Of a stretch of 64,000 nt of DNA, positions 29,505 to 38,516 are shown in pieces. The first letter of the stretch is position 1, and each line of letters starts with the position of its first letter. A model generated the notes under the pieces. That model ran no database searches. It saw only the letters and a list, made by a program, of their open reading frames with translations, and was not told the DNA's origin. The translations under genes and the position numbers were made by a program. Origin of the DNA: Armatimonadota bacterium (lineage in GTDB: Bacteria > Armatimonadota > SYMT01); the NCBI GenBank assembly GCA_041690135.1, contig JAWLHY010000002.1, positions 384,001-448,000 on the forward strand, written 5' to 3'.

Positions 29505-29602
29505 CTCCAAAGGCCAGAAGAGGGGTCGAGTCGCGGCATACGCCCGCCTATCTCGACCCCTCCACCTTTGGAAGGAAACTCTGGTGCCCGGCCGCGTCGC
29601 CG
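29505..29602 (-). promoter_or_regulatory. ANTAR-type dual-hairpin leader overlapping a terminator-like stem
   Basis: CGGC-GACGCG-GCCG, then TCC-AAAGGT-GGA overlapping GAGGGGTCGAG..CTCGACCCCTC-TTCT. Confidence 0.65.
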
Positions 29603-29626
29603 GCAACGGCCATTCCAACCGTCAAG

Positions 29627-29697
29627 TGAAGGGTAACAGCGGCATATTGCCGGCTAGTATCGTGAAGATGAACTCTGTGTTACGGCCAACTGGACAC
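29627..29697 (-). promoter_or_regulatory. nas operon promoter, copy 1 of a shared 71-bp block (GTAAC-n6-TTCA box, TG-n-TACCCT -10)
   Basis: Gap-free alignment with 31715-31785, about 55/71 identical by hand count. Confidence 0.75.
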
Positions 29698-29743
29698 GAA
29701 CTGGGGCGGTTCGGCTGGGATAGGATCTGGCCCCCCGCGGGGG

Positions 29744-29783
29744 CTGAAGGTTGGAAGGTTCAAGGTTGAAGGTTGAAGGTTGG
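29744..29783. repeat. GAAGGTT heptamer tandem repeat
   Basis: gaaggttggaaggttcaaggttgaaggttgaaggtt. Confidence 0.75.
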
Positions 29784-29877
29784 GAACCCTAGGGTTCAGG
29801 ACGGGTGGGGTTTGGCGAAGATAGGGTCGAGCTCGGAAACGGTAGGCGCCGACCACAGAATGCCACTTGGTGATGGA

Positions 29878-30060
29878 CACGGGACTCCCTCTCCCGCAGC
29901 GTGGGAGAGGCTTGCGCCCCGAGGGGGTGGGATAGGGGGCATGTGCGTTAATGTACGGCGATACGATCGTGGGTGCCGCTCCGACGAGGGATCAAACTTG
30001 CCGTCCTGCGCACGGGATTCCCCTCTCCCGCAGCGTGGGAGAGGGGGAAGGGGGTGAGGG
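29878..30060. repeat. Two direct copies of the palindromic CCCTCTCCCGCAGCGTGGGAGAGG element
   Basis: Copies at about 29886-29910 and 30020-30044, each preceded by CACGGGA. Confidence 0.75.
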
Positions 30061-30145
30061 CACCCCACACACCGCACTCGCCGATGATCCACCCTTCAAA
30101 ACAACCAAACGGGCGGCGCGAGCTCCCGCTCACGCCGCCCGCCCT

Positions 30146-30182
30146 GGCCGGTTGGCCGGTTGGCCGGTTGGCCGGTTGGCCT
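30146..30182. repeat. GGCCGGTT octamer tandem repeat (4 copies plus a partial)
   Basis: Directly visible just downstream of the narK stop. Confidence 0.8.
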
Positions 30183-30189
30183 TAACCCC

Positions 30190-31554
30190 CTATTCCGCTC
30201 CCGCGCCCACCGGCACGGGTTCCGCGGCCCGGCGGGCGTTGGCGGCCCGCTGGAACGCTTCCCGCTCCTCGGCTTCCGTCTTCTCGCAGAAGCGCACGGC
30301 AAGCGCAAAGACCGACGCGCCGATCACCGCCAGGCCCAGGTAGCCCAGGGCCTGCTGCGTGGTGAGGGATTCCGCCTTGAACAGGAACCCCGCGGCCACC
30401 GCGCCGGCGTTCCCGCCCGCGCCCACGATCCCCGCCACCGAGCCGAGCGCCTTCTTGTTGATGAACGGCACGATACCAAAGGTCGCGCCCTCGGCCATCT
30501 GCACGAAGAGGCTGAAGACCACCATCGACAGGACCGCCACCGGCAGAACGGACATGTTGGAGAAGACCACCAGCGCGATCCCTTCCAGCAGGGTCACGAT
30601 CCCGAGGAAGGCGACGCGGCCCTTCAGCCCGCCCCGGCCGGCGAAGAAGTCCGAGATGACGCCGCCCAGGGTTCGCGCGAAAAGGTTCATCAGGCCGAAC
30701 AGCCCGGCGATGAGGCCGGCGGTCGTCACACTGAGCCCGAACCGGTCGTGGAAGTAGAGGGCGGCCACGTTGTTGATGGTCAACTCCACGCCGAAGCAGG
30801 CGGCATAGAGCACGAACAGCGCCCACACCCGGACGTCGGAGGCGGCGGAGAGGAAGGAACCCGCCGTGACCGAGGCCTTACCCTGCGAGCGCAGGTCGGC
30901 CAGGTTCCCATGCGGCGTGTCCTGCGTCATGAAGTAGTAGGCGATGCCCATCAGCAGGAGCGCGGCGCCGGGGACCACCATCGCCAGGCGCCACCCCAGG
31001 GACTCGCTCACCCCCAGCCCCAGCACCGCCGCCAGGATCAGCGGCATCACCATCTGCGTCACCCCGCCACCCAGGTTCCCCCAGCCGGCGGTGGTGGCGT
31101 TCGCCGTCCCCACGATGTTGGGAGCGAACATCACCGAGGTGTGGTACTGGGTGATGACGAAGGAGGCCCCGATCGCCCCGATCGCCAGGCGCATCAGGAG
31201 GAAACTCTGATAGTCCTGCGCGAGCCCGATGCCCATCACCGGTAAGGAACCCAGGATCAGGAGCCAGGTGTAAGCCCGGCGGGGGCCGATCCGGTCGCAG
31301 AGCCAGCCGATGTAGAGCCGCGCCAGCACGGTAATGGCCACCGAAGCGATGATCGTGTTGCCGATCTGCGCTTTCGTCAGGTGGAGGTCCTCGCGGACCA
31401 CGGCCATCAACGGGGCGATACCGAACCAGCCGAAGAAGCAGAGGAAAAAGGCGAACCAGGTCATGTGGAACGCCCGCATGGGCGGACGCCGGAAGTTGAA
31501 CAGGTCGATGGAAGTAGCCCGCCCATCCGCCGATTGCAGGTGCTGATCGCTCAT
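30190..31554 (-). CDS. narK: NarK/NRT2-family nitrate/nitrite MFS transporter
   Basis: RAFHMTWFAFFLCFFGWF, GTANATTAGWGNLGGG nitrate signature, GIVGAGGNAG; start MSDQ at 31554 with GAGAGGG RBS. Confidence 0.93.
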   Translation of the reverse strand: MSDQHLQSADGRATSIDLFNFRRPPMRAFHMTWFAFFLCFFGWFGIAPLMAVVREDLHLTKAQIGNTIIASVAITVLARLYIGWLCDRIGPRRAYTWLLILGSLPVMGIGLAQDYQSFLLMRLAIGAIGASFVITQYHTSVMFAPNIVGTANATTAGWGNLGGGVTQMVMPLILAAVLGLGVSESLGWRLAMVVPGAALLLMGIAYYFMTQDTPHGNLADLRSQGKASVTAGSFLSAASDVRVWALFVLYAACFGVELTINNVAALYFHDRFGLSVTTAGLIAGLFGLMNLFARTLGGVISDFFAGRGGLKGRVAFLGIVTLLEGIALVVFSNMSVLPVAVLSMVVFSLFVQMAEGATFGIVPFINKKALGSVAGIVGAGGNAGAVAAGFLFKAESLTTQQALGYLGLAVIGASVFALAVRFCEKTEAEEREAFQRAANARRAAEPVPVGAGAE

Positions 31555-31600
31555 AACCGTCCCTCTCGATACGAACCTGGCGCGTTCCGGCGCCCGGAAC

Positions 31601-31693
31601 AAAAAAGAGGGACCAGCGTACGCGTTGCATGCGTACGCTGGTCCCTCCGCCGTTGGAGAATGACCCGACCGGAACACCAGGGCCCCCGTTGGC
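31601..31693 (-). promoter_or_regulatory. ANTAR-type dual-hairpin leader plus intrinsic terminator
   Basis: GCC-AACGGG-GGC (31682-31693) and CTCC-AACGGC-GGAG (31645-31658), the latter overlapping a 17-bp stem (31607-31647) followed by T6. Confidence 0.8.
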
Positions 31694-31714
31694 TTGCTGA
31701 TGCCTACTGACGAA

Positions 31715-31785
31715 TGAAGGGTAGCAGCCTCATATTGCCGGTTGATATCTGCATTGTGAACTCTGAGTTACGGCCCTCCGGACAC
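31715..31785 (-). promoter_or_regulatory. narK promoter, copy 2 of the shared 71-bp block
   Basis: GTAAC-TCAGAG-TTCAC (AC-n9-AC), CCGGCAATATG, TG-c-TACCCT. Confidence 0.75.
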
Positions 31786-31799
31786 TTATTCAGGCCTGT

Positions 31800-32936
31800 T
31801 TACCAGTTCGTGAAGCTCCCGTCCTCGCGGCGCAGCAGCGGTCCGCTGCCGGCCTGGTAGCGGCAGAGTTCCTTCGCGGCTTCCTCGTTGAACTCCACGC
31901 CGAGACCGGGGGCCGTGGGCGGGAGGAGGTAGCCGTCCTGGAATGGGACCTGGACGGGGAACGCCTCCGGCAAGACGGTTCCCGGCAGGCGGGGCAGCTC
32001 CTGAACGGCGAAGTTGCTGGTCGCCAGGTCCAGGTGAAGGCAGGCTGCAGTGGAAACAGGGCCCAGCGGGTTGTGCGGGGCCAGGGCGATGTAGTGGGTC
32101 TCGCACCAGCCGGCCACCTTGCGCGCCTCCGTGATGCCGCCGCAGATGCAGAGGTCGATCCGGCAGTACTGGATCAGGTCTTCCTCGATCAGCTCCCGGA
32201 ACTCCCACTTCGTGGCGAACTGCTCCCCCGCGGCCAGCGGCACCGCGACGTGGCGTGCCAGTTGGTGGAACGAGTGCATGTTCTCGCTCCGGAGCGGGTC
32301 CTCGATGAAGTAAGGGCGGTACGGCTCCAGCGCCCGGCAGAGGCGGACGGCATCCGGCGGGTCGAGGCGGGTGTGGACGTCGATCAGGATCTCCACGTCG
32401 TCGCCCACGGCTTCCCGGATGGCGGCGAACTGGGCCACACCCTGTCGCACCGCCCGCGACGGCTCCAGGATCTCCCCCTCGCTGGGGAGCCCGAACCGGA
32501 TGAAGCGCCAGCCCGCGTCGGCCAGCTCCTTCGCGTGCGCGGCGATCTCCTCCAGAGAGTCGCCGGTGGCGTGAGGGTAGCAGACGACCTTATCGCGGAC
32601 GAGGCCCCCCAGCAGCTCGTACACCGGTACCCCGAACTGCTTCCCCCGGATATCCCAGAGCGCGATATCTATCGCCGCGAGGGCGGAAGCCACCACGCGG
32701 TCCGCCGGGAAAAAGCCGCCTCGGAACATCACCTGCCAGAGATGCTCGATGCGGCTGGCGTCCTGACCCACGAGCAGCGGCTTGAGGTGGTTGACGGCTT
32801 CCGCGCAGGCCAGCTCCTTCCATGTGAGCCCGCCTTCGCCGATACCGTAGATGCCGGCGTCCGTCTCGACTTTGACGAAGAAGAAGTTCCGGTTCCCGCC
32901 CCAGAGGGGGTACGGCTTGATGTCGGTGATGATCAT
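31800..32936 (-). CDS. Mandelate racemase/enolase-superfamily acid-sugar dehydratase (DgoD-like)
   Basis: AAIDIALWDIRGK, DVHTR, FIEDP, AGEQ, GGITE, APHNP.GPV. Confidence 0.88.
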   Translation of the reverse strand: MIITDIKPYPLWGGNRNFFFVKVETDAGIYGIGEGGLTWKELACAEAVNHLKPLLVGQDASRIEHLWQVMFRGGFFPADRVVASALAAIDIALWDIRGKQFGVPVYELLGGLVRDKVVCYPHATGDSLEEIAAHAKELADAGWRFIRFGLPSEGEILEPSRAVRQGVAQFAAIREAVGDDVEILIDVHTRLDPPDAVRLCRALEPYRPYFIEDPLRSENMHSFHQLARHVAVPLAAGEQFATKWEFRELIEEDLIQYCRIDLCICGGITEARKVAGWCETHYIALAPHNPLGPVSTAACLHLDLATSNFAVQELPRLPGTVLPEAFPVQVPFQDGYLLPPTAPGLGVEFNEEAAKELCRYQAGSGPLLRREDGSFTNW

Positions 32937-33123
32937 GAAGGGTCCTTTCGTTCGCGGGTAGGAATCTAACAGTTAAAGGGCGGGGAAACCACTTTGCGCG
33001 TTTGAGGCGCAGTGGGGGCAGGTAGGATCAAACTGTGGGACGCCTTGTCTGTCCCGGCGGTCGGCGGCTCTCTACCTTTTCAACAAGCGAGGGATGACCG
33101 GCCTTCCGAACCAGGGGGAAACG

Positions 33124-33477
33124 ATGTCTATTCCCGAAGAAACTTATGCTGCCTGCTCCTTCGACCGGCCTTATCCCGGCTGCATGCGGGTGCGAATTAC
33201 GGGAGAGTTGGACGCCTGCTCCGCCCCCCAGGTCGAGGAAGAAATCCTCACCGCCCTTACTCCCAGCGCCGTAACGGTGCTGGATCTGGAAGATGTGGAA
33301 TTCATCGACAGCACGGGGATCCGGTTGCTCGTGCGCGTGGTGAGCCGCAAAACGGAAGGGGAACAGGTCTACGTGGTCAGTCCCCGCTCGCGCGGCGTGC
33401 GGCGCGCCCTCGATATTGTGGGTCTCAATCGGGTCGTGCGCACCGTGGAAAGCCTGGACGAGATCCGCCCCGCCTAG
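33124..33477 (+). CDS. STAS-domain anti-sigma factor antagonist
   Basis: GELD..LDLEDVEFIDSTGIRLL..VRRALDIVGL. Confidence 0.88.
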   Translation: MSIPEETYAACSFDRPYPGCMRVRITGELDACSAPQVEEEILTALTPSAVTVLDLEDVEFIDSTGIRLLVRVVSRKTEGEQVYVVSPRSRGVRRALDIVGLNRVVRTVESLDEIRPA

Positions 33478-33511
33478 ATCCCCATCCCCGTCATGGGTTA
33501 AACTCATCCTG

Positions 33512-34255
33512 ATGTACCTGACCCGGAACATGCTGGATGAGGTGGAAACCCGCTATGGCCGCCCGGTGGTAGCCGTGGCGCAGGCGGAGTTCGGCGCCCA
33601 CGCGTTCGGGCTCCTGGAATACTGCGCGCGCAAACACCGCCGCCACGACGTGACGCTGTTCATCCGGCATGCGTCCGACGCGACCCTGGACGCCTCTACC
33701 CGGTTCGCGGTCATCCGGAAGCCCAACTATCCCCGAGGGGTGTTTCGTCCTCCCAGCGGTGGGGTGGAGGCCGGAGAGCCCTTTGAGGTGGGGGCGGCCC
33801 GGGAGGCCCTGGAAGAGACCGGGCTCACGATTCGCCTCGAGCGATACCTGCTGCGGATTGACGCCGAGTTTACCCATGGTGAACGCCGGGCGCCCTGGGT
33901 AACCCATGTATTCCTGGCGACGGCGCTGGACCAGGAGATCTCGCCGCGGGATACGCACGAGATCGCGGAAGCCCGTTGGGCTTCGATCGATACGATGGTC
34001 CGGAAGTACCGGCCCCGAATGCTCGACATGGGAAGTGCGGGGATGCGGTACCGTGTCGAGCTGCAGGATGTGGCGTTACGGCTCCTGGGGTGGCCCGGGA
34101 TAGGAGAGAAGACCGATGAAGCGGACGTCGCTGGCGGCCCTGCACGAGGCACGGGGCGCGGACTGGATGGACTACCAGGGTTGGGAGATCCCGGCTTGCT
34201 ACTCCTCCGTAGCGCAGGAATACCAGGCGCTGCAGGAGGGGGTGGGACTGATTGA
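33512..34255 (+). CDS. NUDIX hydrolase
   Basis: PSGGVEAGE..AAREALEETGL Nudix box; C-terminal tail overlaps the next gene by 140 bp. Confidence 0.82.
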   Translation: MYLTRNMLDEVETRYGRPVVAVAQAEFGAHAFGLLEYCARKHRRHDVTLFIRHASDATLDASTRFAVIRKPNYPRGVFRPPSGGVEAGEPFEVGAAREALEETGLTIRLERYLLRIDAEFTHGERRAPWVTHVFLATALDQEISPRDTHEIAEARWASIDTMVRKYRPRMLDMGSAGMRYRVELQDVALRLLGWPGIGEKTDEADVAGGPARGTGRGLDGLPGLGDPGLLLLRSAGIPGAAGGGGTD

Positions 34256-35219
34256 CCTCTCCTTCCGCACGCGCCTCCGCGTGACGGGCCGGGACCGGCG
34301 CTCCTGGCTGCACGGACAGGTCACCCAGGAGATCAACAAGCTGCCGGACGGCCGCGGAGCATACGCCACGGTCCTCAACCCGCAGGGACATATGGTCTCC
34401 GACCTGTTCGTTTACGCCGTGCCGGACGCCCTGATTCTGGATCTGCCGTCCGGTACCGCCACGCCGATGGCCGAGTACCTCGACCGGTTCCTGATCATGG
34501 AGCGTGCCGAGATCGAGGACCTTACCGATAGCTGGTCCCTGCTTTCTCTCCAGGGGCCGCAGTCACCGTGCGCCCTGGCGGTCGTGCTCGGCGAGGAACT
34601 GTCGCGCCTGGCGCCGTGGGACGTGGTGGAGAGCCAATTCGAGGAGGAACCCCTCTACGTCACCCGGGCCGCGCACTGCGGAGAGGACGGCTACGACCTC
34701 TTCTTGCCCGCGGAGAAGGCGGCGGCGCTCTGGGCGGCGCTTTGCAATCACCGGCCCGATTTTGCCGTCCATTCGGTCGGGTGGGAAGCGTTCAACGTGC
34801 GTCGGCTCGAAGCGGGCATTCCCTGGTGGGGGGAGGAACTGGACGCCTCACTGGTGCCCCTGGAGGCCCGTCTCAATCACGCGATCAGCCTGACCAAGGG
34901 CTGTTATGTCGGCCAGGAGATCATCGCGCGGATCGATGCGCGCGGCCAGGTGAACAACCTGCTAACGGGCTTCCACGTGGTGGGCGACACGCTCCCGTCG
35001 CGGGGGACGGAAATCCGGCACGATGGCAAGAAGGTGGGCCGGGTCTCCACCGTGCTCCACTCGCTGCGGCTCGACCGGCCCGTGGCCCTGGGTTACCTGC
35101 GTCGGGAGTTGCAGGACCCCGGCACCCGGGTCGAGGCCGTAACGGACGAGGGCACAGTCGAGCTGGAGGTCACACCGCTCCCCTTCGTCCCGAATGACTA
35201 TCCCTCCGAGAAAGAGTAA
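34116..35219 (+). CDS. ygfZ: GcvT/YgfZ-family folate-binding protein
   Basis: GLIDLS..G.DR..WLHGQVT and the KGCYVGQE signature. Confidence 0.85.
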   Translation: MKRTSLAALHEARGADWMDYQGWEIPACYSSVAQEYQALQEGVGLIDLSFRTRLRVTGRDRRSWLHGQVTQEINKLPDGRGAYATVLNPQGHMVSDLFVYAVPDALILDLPSGTATPMAEYLDRFLIMERAEIEDLTDSWSLLSLQGPQSPCALAVVLGEELSRLAPWDVVESQFEEEPLYVTRAAHCGEDGYDLFLPAEKAAALWAALCNHRPDFAVHSVGWEAFNVRRLEAGIPWWGEELDASLVPLEARLNHAISLTKGCYVGQEIIARIDARGQVNNLLTGFHVVGDTLPSRGTEIRHDGKKVGRVSTVLHSLRLDRPVALGYLRRELQDPGTRVEAVTDEGTVELEVTPLPFVPNDYPSEKE

Positions 35220-35283
35220 GCTTCATCTGCTATAATGCGGCGGCCCGGGAATCGTTGCCGGGTCGTCGTTCTGACCGGGTCCG

Positions 35284-36498
35284 ATGAAGCGCTCACCTCT
35301 CGGAATCATCTTCCTCACGATCTTTCTCGACCTCGTGGGGTTCGGGATCGTTCTGCCGCTGCTGCCGCGGTTCGCCGCCCAGCACCAGGCGGCGGAGTGG
35401 CAGATCGGGCTGCTGATGGGAACCTACTCCCTGATGCAGTTCTTCTTCGCGCCGGTGTGGGGGCGCCTCTCGGACCGCATCGGCCGGCGACCGGTCCTGT
35501 TGTTCAGCATCACCGGTTCAGCCCTCTCCTACCTGCTGTTCGCCTTCGCGCCGAACCTGACGATGCTGTTCCTTTCCCGCCTGGTGGCCGGGATCATGGC
35601 GGCGAACCTGGCGGCGGCGCAGGCCTACGTGGCCGACGTGACGACGCCCGAGAACCGGACCCGCGGCATGGGGATGGTGGGCGCGGCGTTCGGGCTCGGC
35701 TTTGTGCTCGGGCCGGCGCTGGCGGGCGGCGTCAGCCACTGGGCGATCGGCGCGGGGCACAGCCCGCAGCTGGCGGTCGGATTGGTCGCGGCGGGCTTTT
35801 CCGCTGTGGACCTCCTGCTGGCCGCGGCCCGGCTTCCGGAGTCGTTGCCCAAGGAGCTCCGTCAGAAGGCCCAGGCCCCCTCCGGCTCTCGCCTGGAACG
35901 AATGGCCGCGACCCTGCGGAACCCGGCGACCGCGCTTCCGGTCGGGGTGTTCTTCCTCAGCACGGTCGCGTGGTCGCAGCTCGAGCCGACTCTCGCCCGC
36001 CTCACCCAGGAAGACTACCGCTTCAACGAGGCGCAGACCGGCTACCTCTTCGCCTTCCTCGGCCTGATCGTGGCCCTGATCCAGGGCGGCTACGCGGGCC
36101 GCGCCGCGCGGAAGTCCGGCGAAGGCCGGCTGGTGCTGACAGGCACCTGCCTCCTGGTGCTGGGCCTGGTGCTGCTGCCAGTCGCGCCGCCGCCCCTGCT
36201 GTACGTGGCGGTCGCGCTGGCCGGGATGGGGCAGGCGATGAGCGTGCCGGGGCTCCAGAGCCTGATCTCCAAGGGGGCTTCCGCGGATTCCCAGGGAAGC
36301 ACCCTGGGGGTGACGCAGGGGTTCGCCAGCCTGGGCCGGGTGCTCGGACCGGCCGTCGGCGGGGCACTCTTTGGCCTCAACCACGCGTGGCCGTTCTGGT
36401 TCGGCGCCGCTCTCATGCTGGTGGGTATCGGCCTCGCCGTGCGGATCGTGGGGAGGGCGCGAACGGCGCAGGAGCATGGAGATTCGGTGACGGCCTGA
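35284..36498 (+). CDS. TCR/Tet-family MFS transporter
   Basis: FLDLVGFGIVLP, GRLSDRIGRRPVL, AQAYVAD, GAAFGLGFVLGP; TATAAT at 35231. Confidence 0.9.
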   Translation: MKRSPLGIIFLTIFLDLVGFGIVLPLLPRFAAQHQAAEWQIGLLMGTYSLMQFFFAPVWGRLSDRIGRRPVLLFSITGSALSYLLFAFAPNLTMLFLSRLVAGIMAANLAAAQAYVADVTTPENRTRGMGMVGAAFGLGFVLGPALAGGVSHWAIGAGHSPQLAVGLVAAGFSAVDLLLAAARLPESLPKELRQKAQAPSGSRLERMAATLRNPATALPVGVFFLSTVAWSQLEPTLARLTQEDYRFNEAQTGYLFAFLGLIVALIQGGYAGRAARKSGEGRLVLTGTCLLVLGLVLLPVAPPPLLYVAVALAGMGQAMSVPGLQSLISKGASADSQGSTLGVTQGFASLGRVLGPAVGGALFGLNHAWPFWFGAALMLVGIGLAVRIVGRARTAQEHGDSVTA

Positions 36499-36663
36499 AG
36501 AATCCAACTAAGGTCGCGCGTGCATTCCGCGCTCTCCGGGTAGATAACCCCCGACGCTGAGAGCCGCTCTTTCAGTCCCTGAATCGGCTCTCAGCCCGTC
36601 GTGATGGGCTCTGCCGTTCCCAGCGGACGGCCGGGCTCCCTGGGAACGGGGAGAGCGTGGGTG

Positions 36664-36975
36664 ATGCTGGCGAGAATGTGGCCGTGCCGGGAAGTGTTGA
36701 TCGTCTTTGTGATCTGCGTCGTCGATATGATCAGTTCGGCGGTGCTTTTCCATCACAACCTGGCGGTAGAAGCCAATCCCCTGCTGCGTCCGGTCGCGGA
36801 AGCGGGCATGGGGCCGTTCATTCTCGCTAAAATGATGACGTTCCTGCCGGCGTTGATCGCCGCCGAGTGGTATGCGCGCAAACGGCCGGAATTCGTGCAG
36901 AACCTTTTGCGTTTCGCCGGCACCGCCTACGTGGCGATCTACAGCTTCTTCGTGACGCGGCAGATCCTGGGTTGA
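36664..36975 (+). CDS. Small membrane protein (DUF5658-like)
   Basis: D...S....EANPLL..F...K pattern with TM helices; start uncertain. Confidence 0.7.
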   Translation: MLARMWPCREVLIVFVICVVDMISSAVLFHHNLAVEANPLLRPVAEAGMGPFILAKMMTFLPALIAAEWYARKRPEFVQNLLRFAGTAYVAIYSFFVTRQILG

Positions 36976-36999
36976 CGGGGCCGGATCAACCGGTCCCTT

Positions 37000-37662
37000 A
37001 TGCCCGTTTCCCAGCCTTTCACCGATATCCGCGCGGTCCTCTTCGATCTGGACGGCACCCTCATCCACACCCGGATCGACTTCGCGGTGATGAAGCGCCG
37101 TGTGCTGGACCTGGTGGAGCGCTACGGACTTCCCACCGCGGGCCTGGCGACGGAAGACATCCTGACGATCATCGCACGGGCGTCTTCACGCCTGCCCCCT
37201 TCCTTCGCGGAAGAGGCGGAAGACACCCTCACGGCGATTGAGCTGGCCGCCTGCGAGGGCGCCACCCCCGCAGAGGGCGTGTTCGAGACCCTCCACTGGC
37301 TGCGAGACGCCGGAATCCGGGTGGGGATCGTCACCCGCAACTGCCCGCAGGCGGCGGCGCGCGTGTTGGCCGAGATGCCGGTGCCGCACGAGGTCCTCCT
37401 CACCCGCGCCGATACGCCCCGGGTAAAACCCGATCCGATCCACCTGGAGCTGGCCCTGCGGCGCTTGGAGACCCCGGCGTCGCAGGCGTTGATGGTCGGC
37501 GACCATGTGATGGATGTCCTGGGTGGCAAGGCGGCGGGGATGCGGACCCTGGGGCTGCTCACGCCCGAGCGTCCCCCGGATTTCTTCGACCAGGCGGCGC
37601 CCGACGGCGTTATCCGCACCCTCCCCGAGCTGCGCCAGTGGATCTCTCCCTCATCGTCGTAA
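37000..37662 (+). CDS. HAD-family hydrolase (Gph-like)
   Basis: FDLDGTL, VTRN, KPDP, MVGD...D motifs. Confidence 0.9.
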   Translation: MPVSQPFTDIRAVLFDLDGTLIHTRIDFAVMKRRVLDLVERYGLPTAGLATEDILTIIARASSRLPPSFAEEAEDTLTAIELAACEGATPAEGVFETLHWLRDAGIRVGIVTRNCPQAAARVLAEMPVPHEVLLTRADTPRVKPDPIHLELALRRLETPASQALMVGDHVMDVLGGKAAGMRTLGLLTPERPPDFFDQAAPDGVIRTLPELRQWISPSSS

Positions 37663-38501
37663 ACTGGAATACCCGCGACCTGCTGCGCGCCTGCCTGGAG
37701 TCGCTGCGGACCGCGCTTGCCGCTTCCCCCCTGGAAGCGGAGGTGATCGTGGTCGATAACGCCTCCGCGGACGGCAGCGCGGCCATGGTCGCGGAGCGGT
37801 TTCCCGAGTTCACCCTCCTCGCGAACCGGGAAAACCGGAACTATGCCGCCGGGAACAACCAGGGGATCGCGGCTGCGCACGGGGAGTTCGTCCTGCTGTT
37901 GAACCCGGATACGGAGGTCCCCATAAGTGCTCCGGAAACCCTGGTGCAGGTTCTCCGGGAGCATCCCCGGGCCGGCGCCGTGTCGCCCGCCCTGGTCTAC
38001 CCGGACGGACGGGTGCAGCCGTCCGTCCGCGGCTTCCCCACCCCGGCGGCGCTCACCGGGGAGTTGACCGGGCTCGCTGCGCTGTTCCCCGGATCGCGTT
38101 GGGCGGGATACCGGGTGGGAGACCTGCCGAAAGACCGGATTTCGTCGGTCGACCAGCCGATGGCCTCCGCCTTCATGGTACGGCGGGCAGCGCTGGAGCA
38201 GGTGGGACCATTCGATGAGCAGTTCCCGCTCTTCTTCAACGACGTGGACCTTTGCTTCCGGATCAAGCAGGCGGGGTGGGAGATCCTGTACGAGCCGCGG
38301 GTACGTGTAGTCCACGTCGGCGGCGCCAGCACCCGGCAGGTGCGGGCGAAGGCGATCCTGGCCTCGCACGAAGGCCTGTGCCGCTTCTATGCCAAGCACT
38401 ACCGGGGGCGGATTTTCTGGCCTGCGTATGCAGCCATTGTGATAAGCATCCTCCTGACAGGTCGCCTCCGGGCACTACTGGCAACCCTTAGGGGCGGATG
38501 A
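37638..38501 (+). CDS. Glycosyltransferase family 2
   Basis: IVVNWN, VVDNASADGS, LLNPD, FDEQFPLFFNDVDLC. Confidence 0.92.
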   Translation: MDLSLIVVNWNTRDLLRACLESLRTALAASPLEAEVIVVDNASADGSAAMVAERFPEFTLLANRENRNYAAGNNQGIAAAHGEFVLLLNPDTEVPISAPETLVQVLREHPRAGAVSPALVYPDGRVQPSVRGFPTPAALTGELTGLAALFPGSRWAGYRVGDLPKDRISSVDQPMASAFMVRRAALEQVGPFDEQFPLFFNDVDLCFRIKQAGWEILYEPRVRVVHVGGASTRQVRAKAILASHEGLCRFYAKHYRGRIFWPAYAAIVISILLTGRLRALLATLRGG

Positions 38502-38516
38502 GTATAAGGTGAGATT

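Noticed and set aside
29627-29660. sigma54 promoter (GGCA...GC) in the shared nitrogen promoter block
   Set aside because: GG-to-GC spacing is 9 or 12 nt rather than the required 10; an extended -10 fits better.
29744-30182. CRISPR array
   Set aside because: The repeats are tandem 7-8-mers or only two palindromic copies, with no regular unique spacers and no cas genes.
31555-31677. N-terminal extension of the nitrate transporter in the ORF track
   Set aside because: It runs through the terminator and ANTAR hairpin; the RBS supports the start at 31554.
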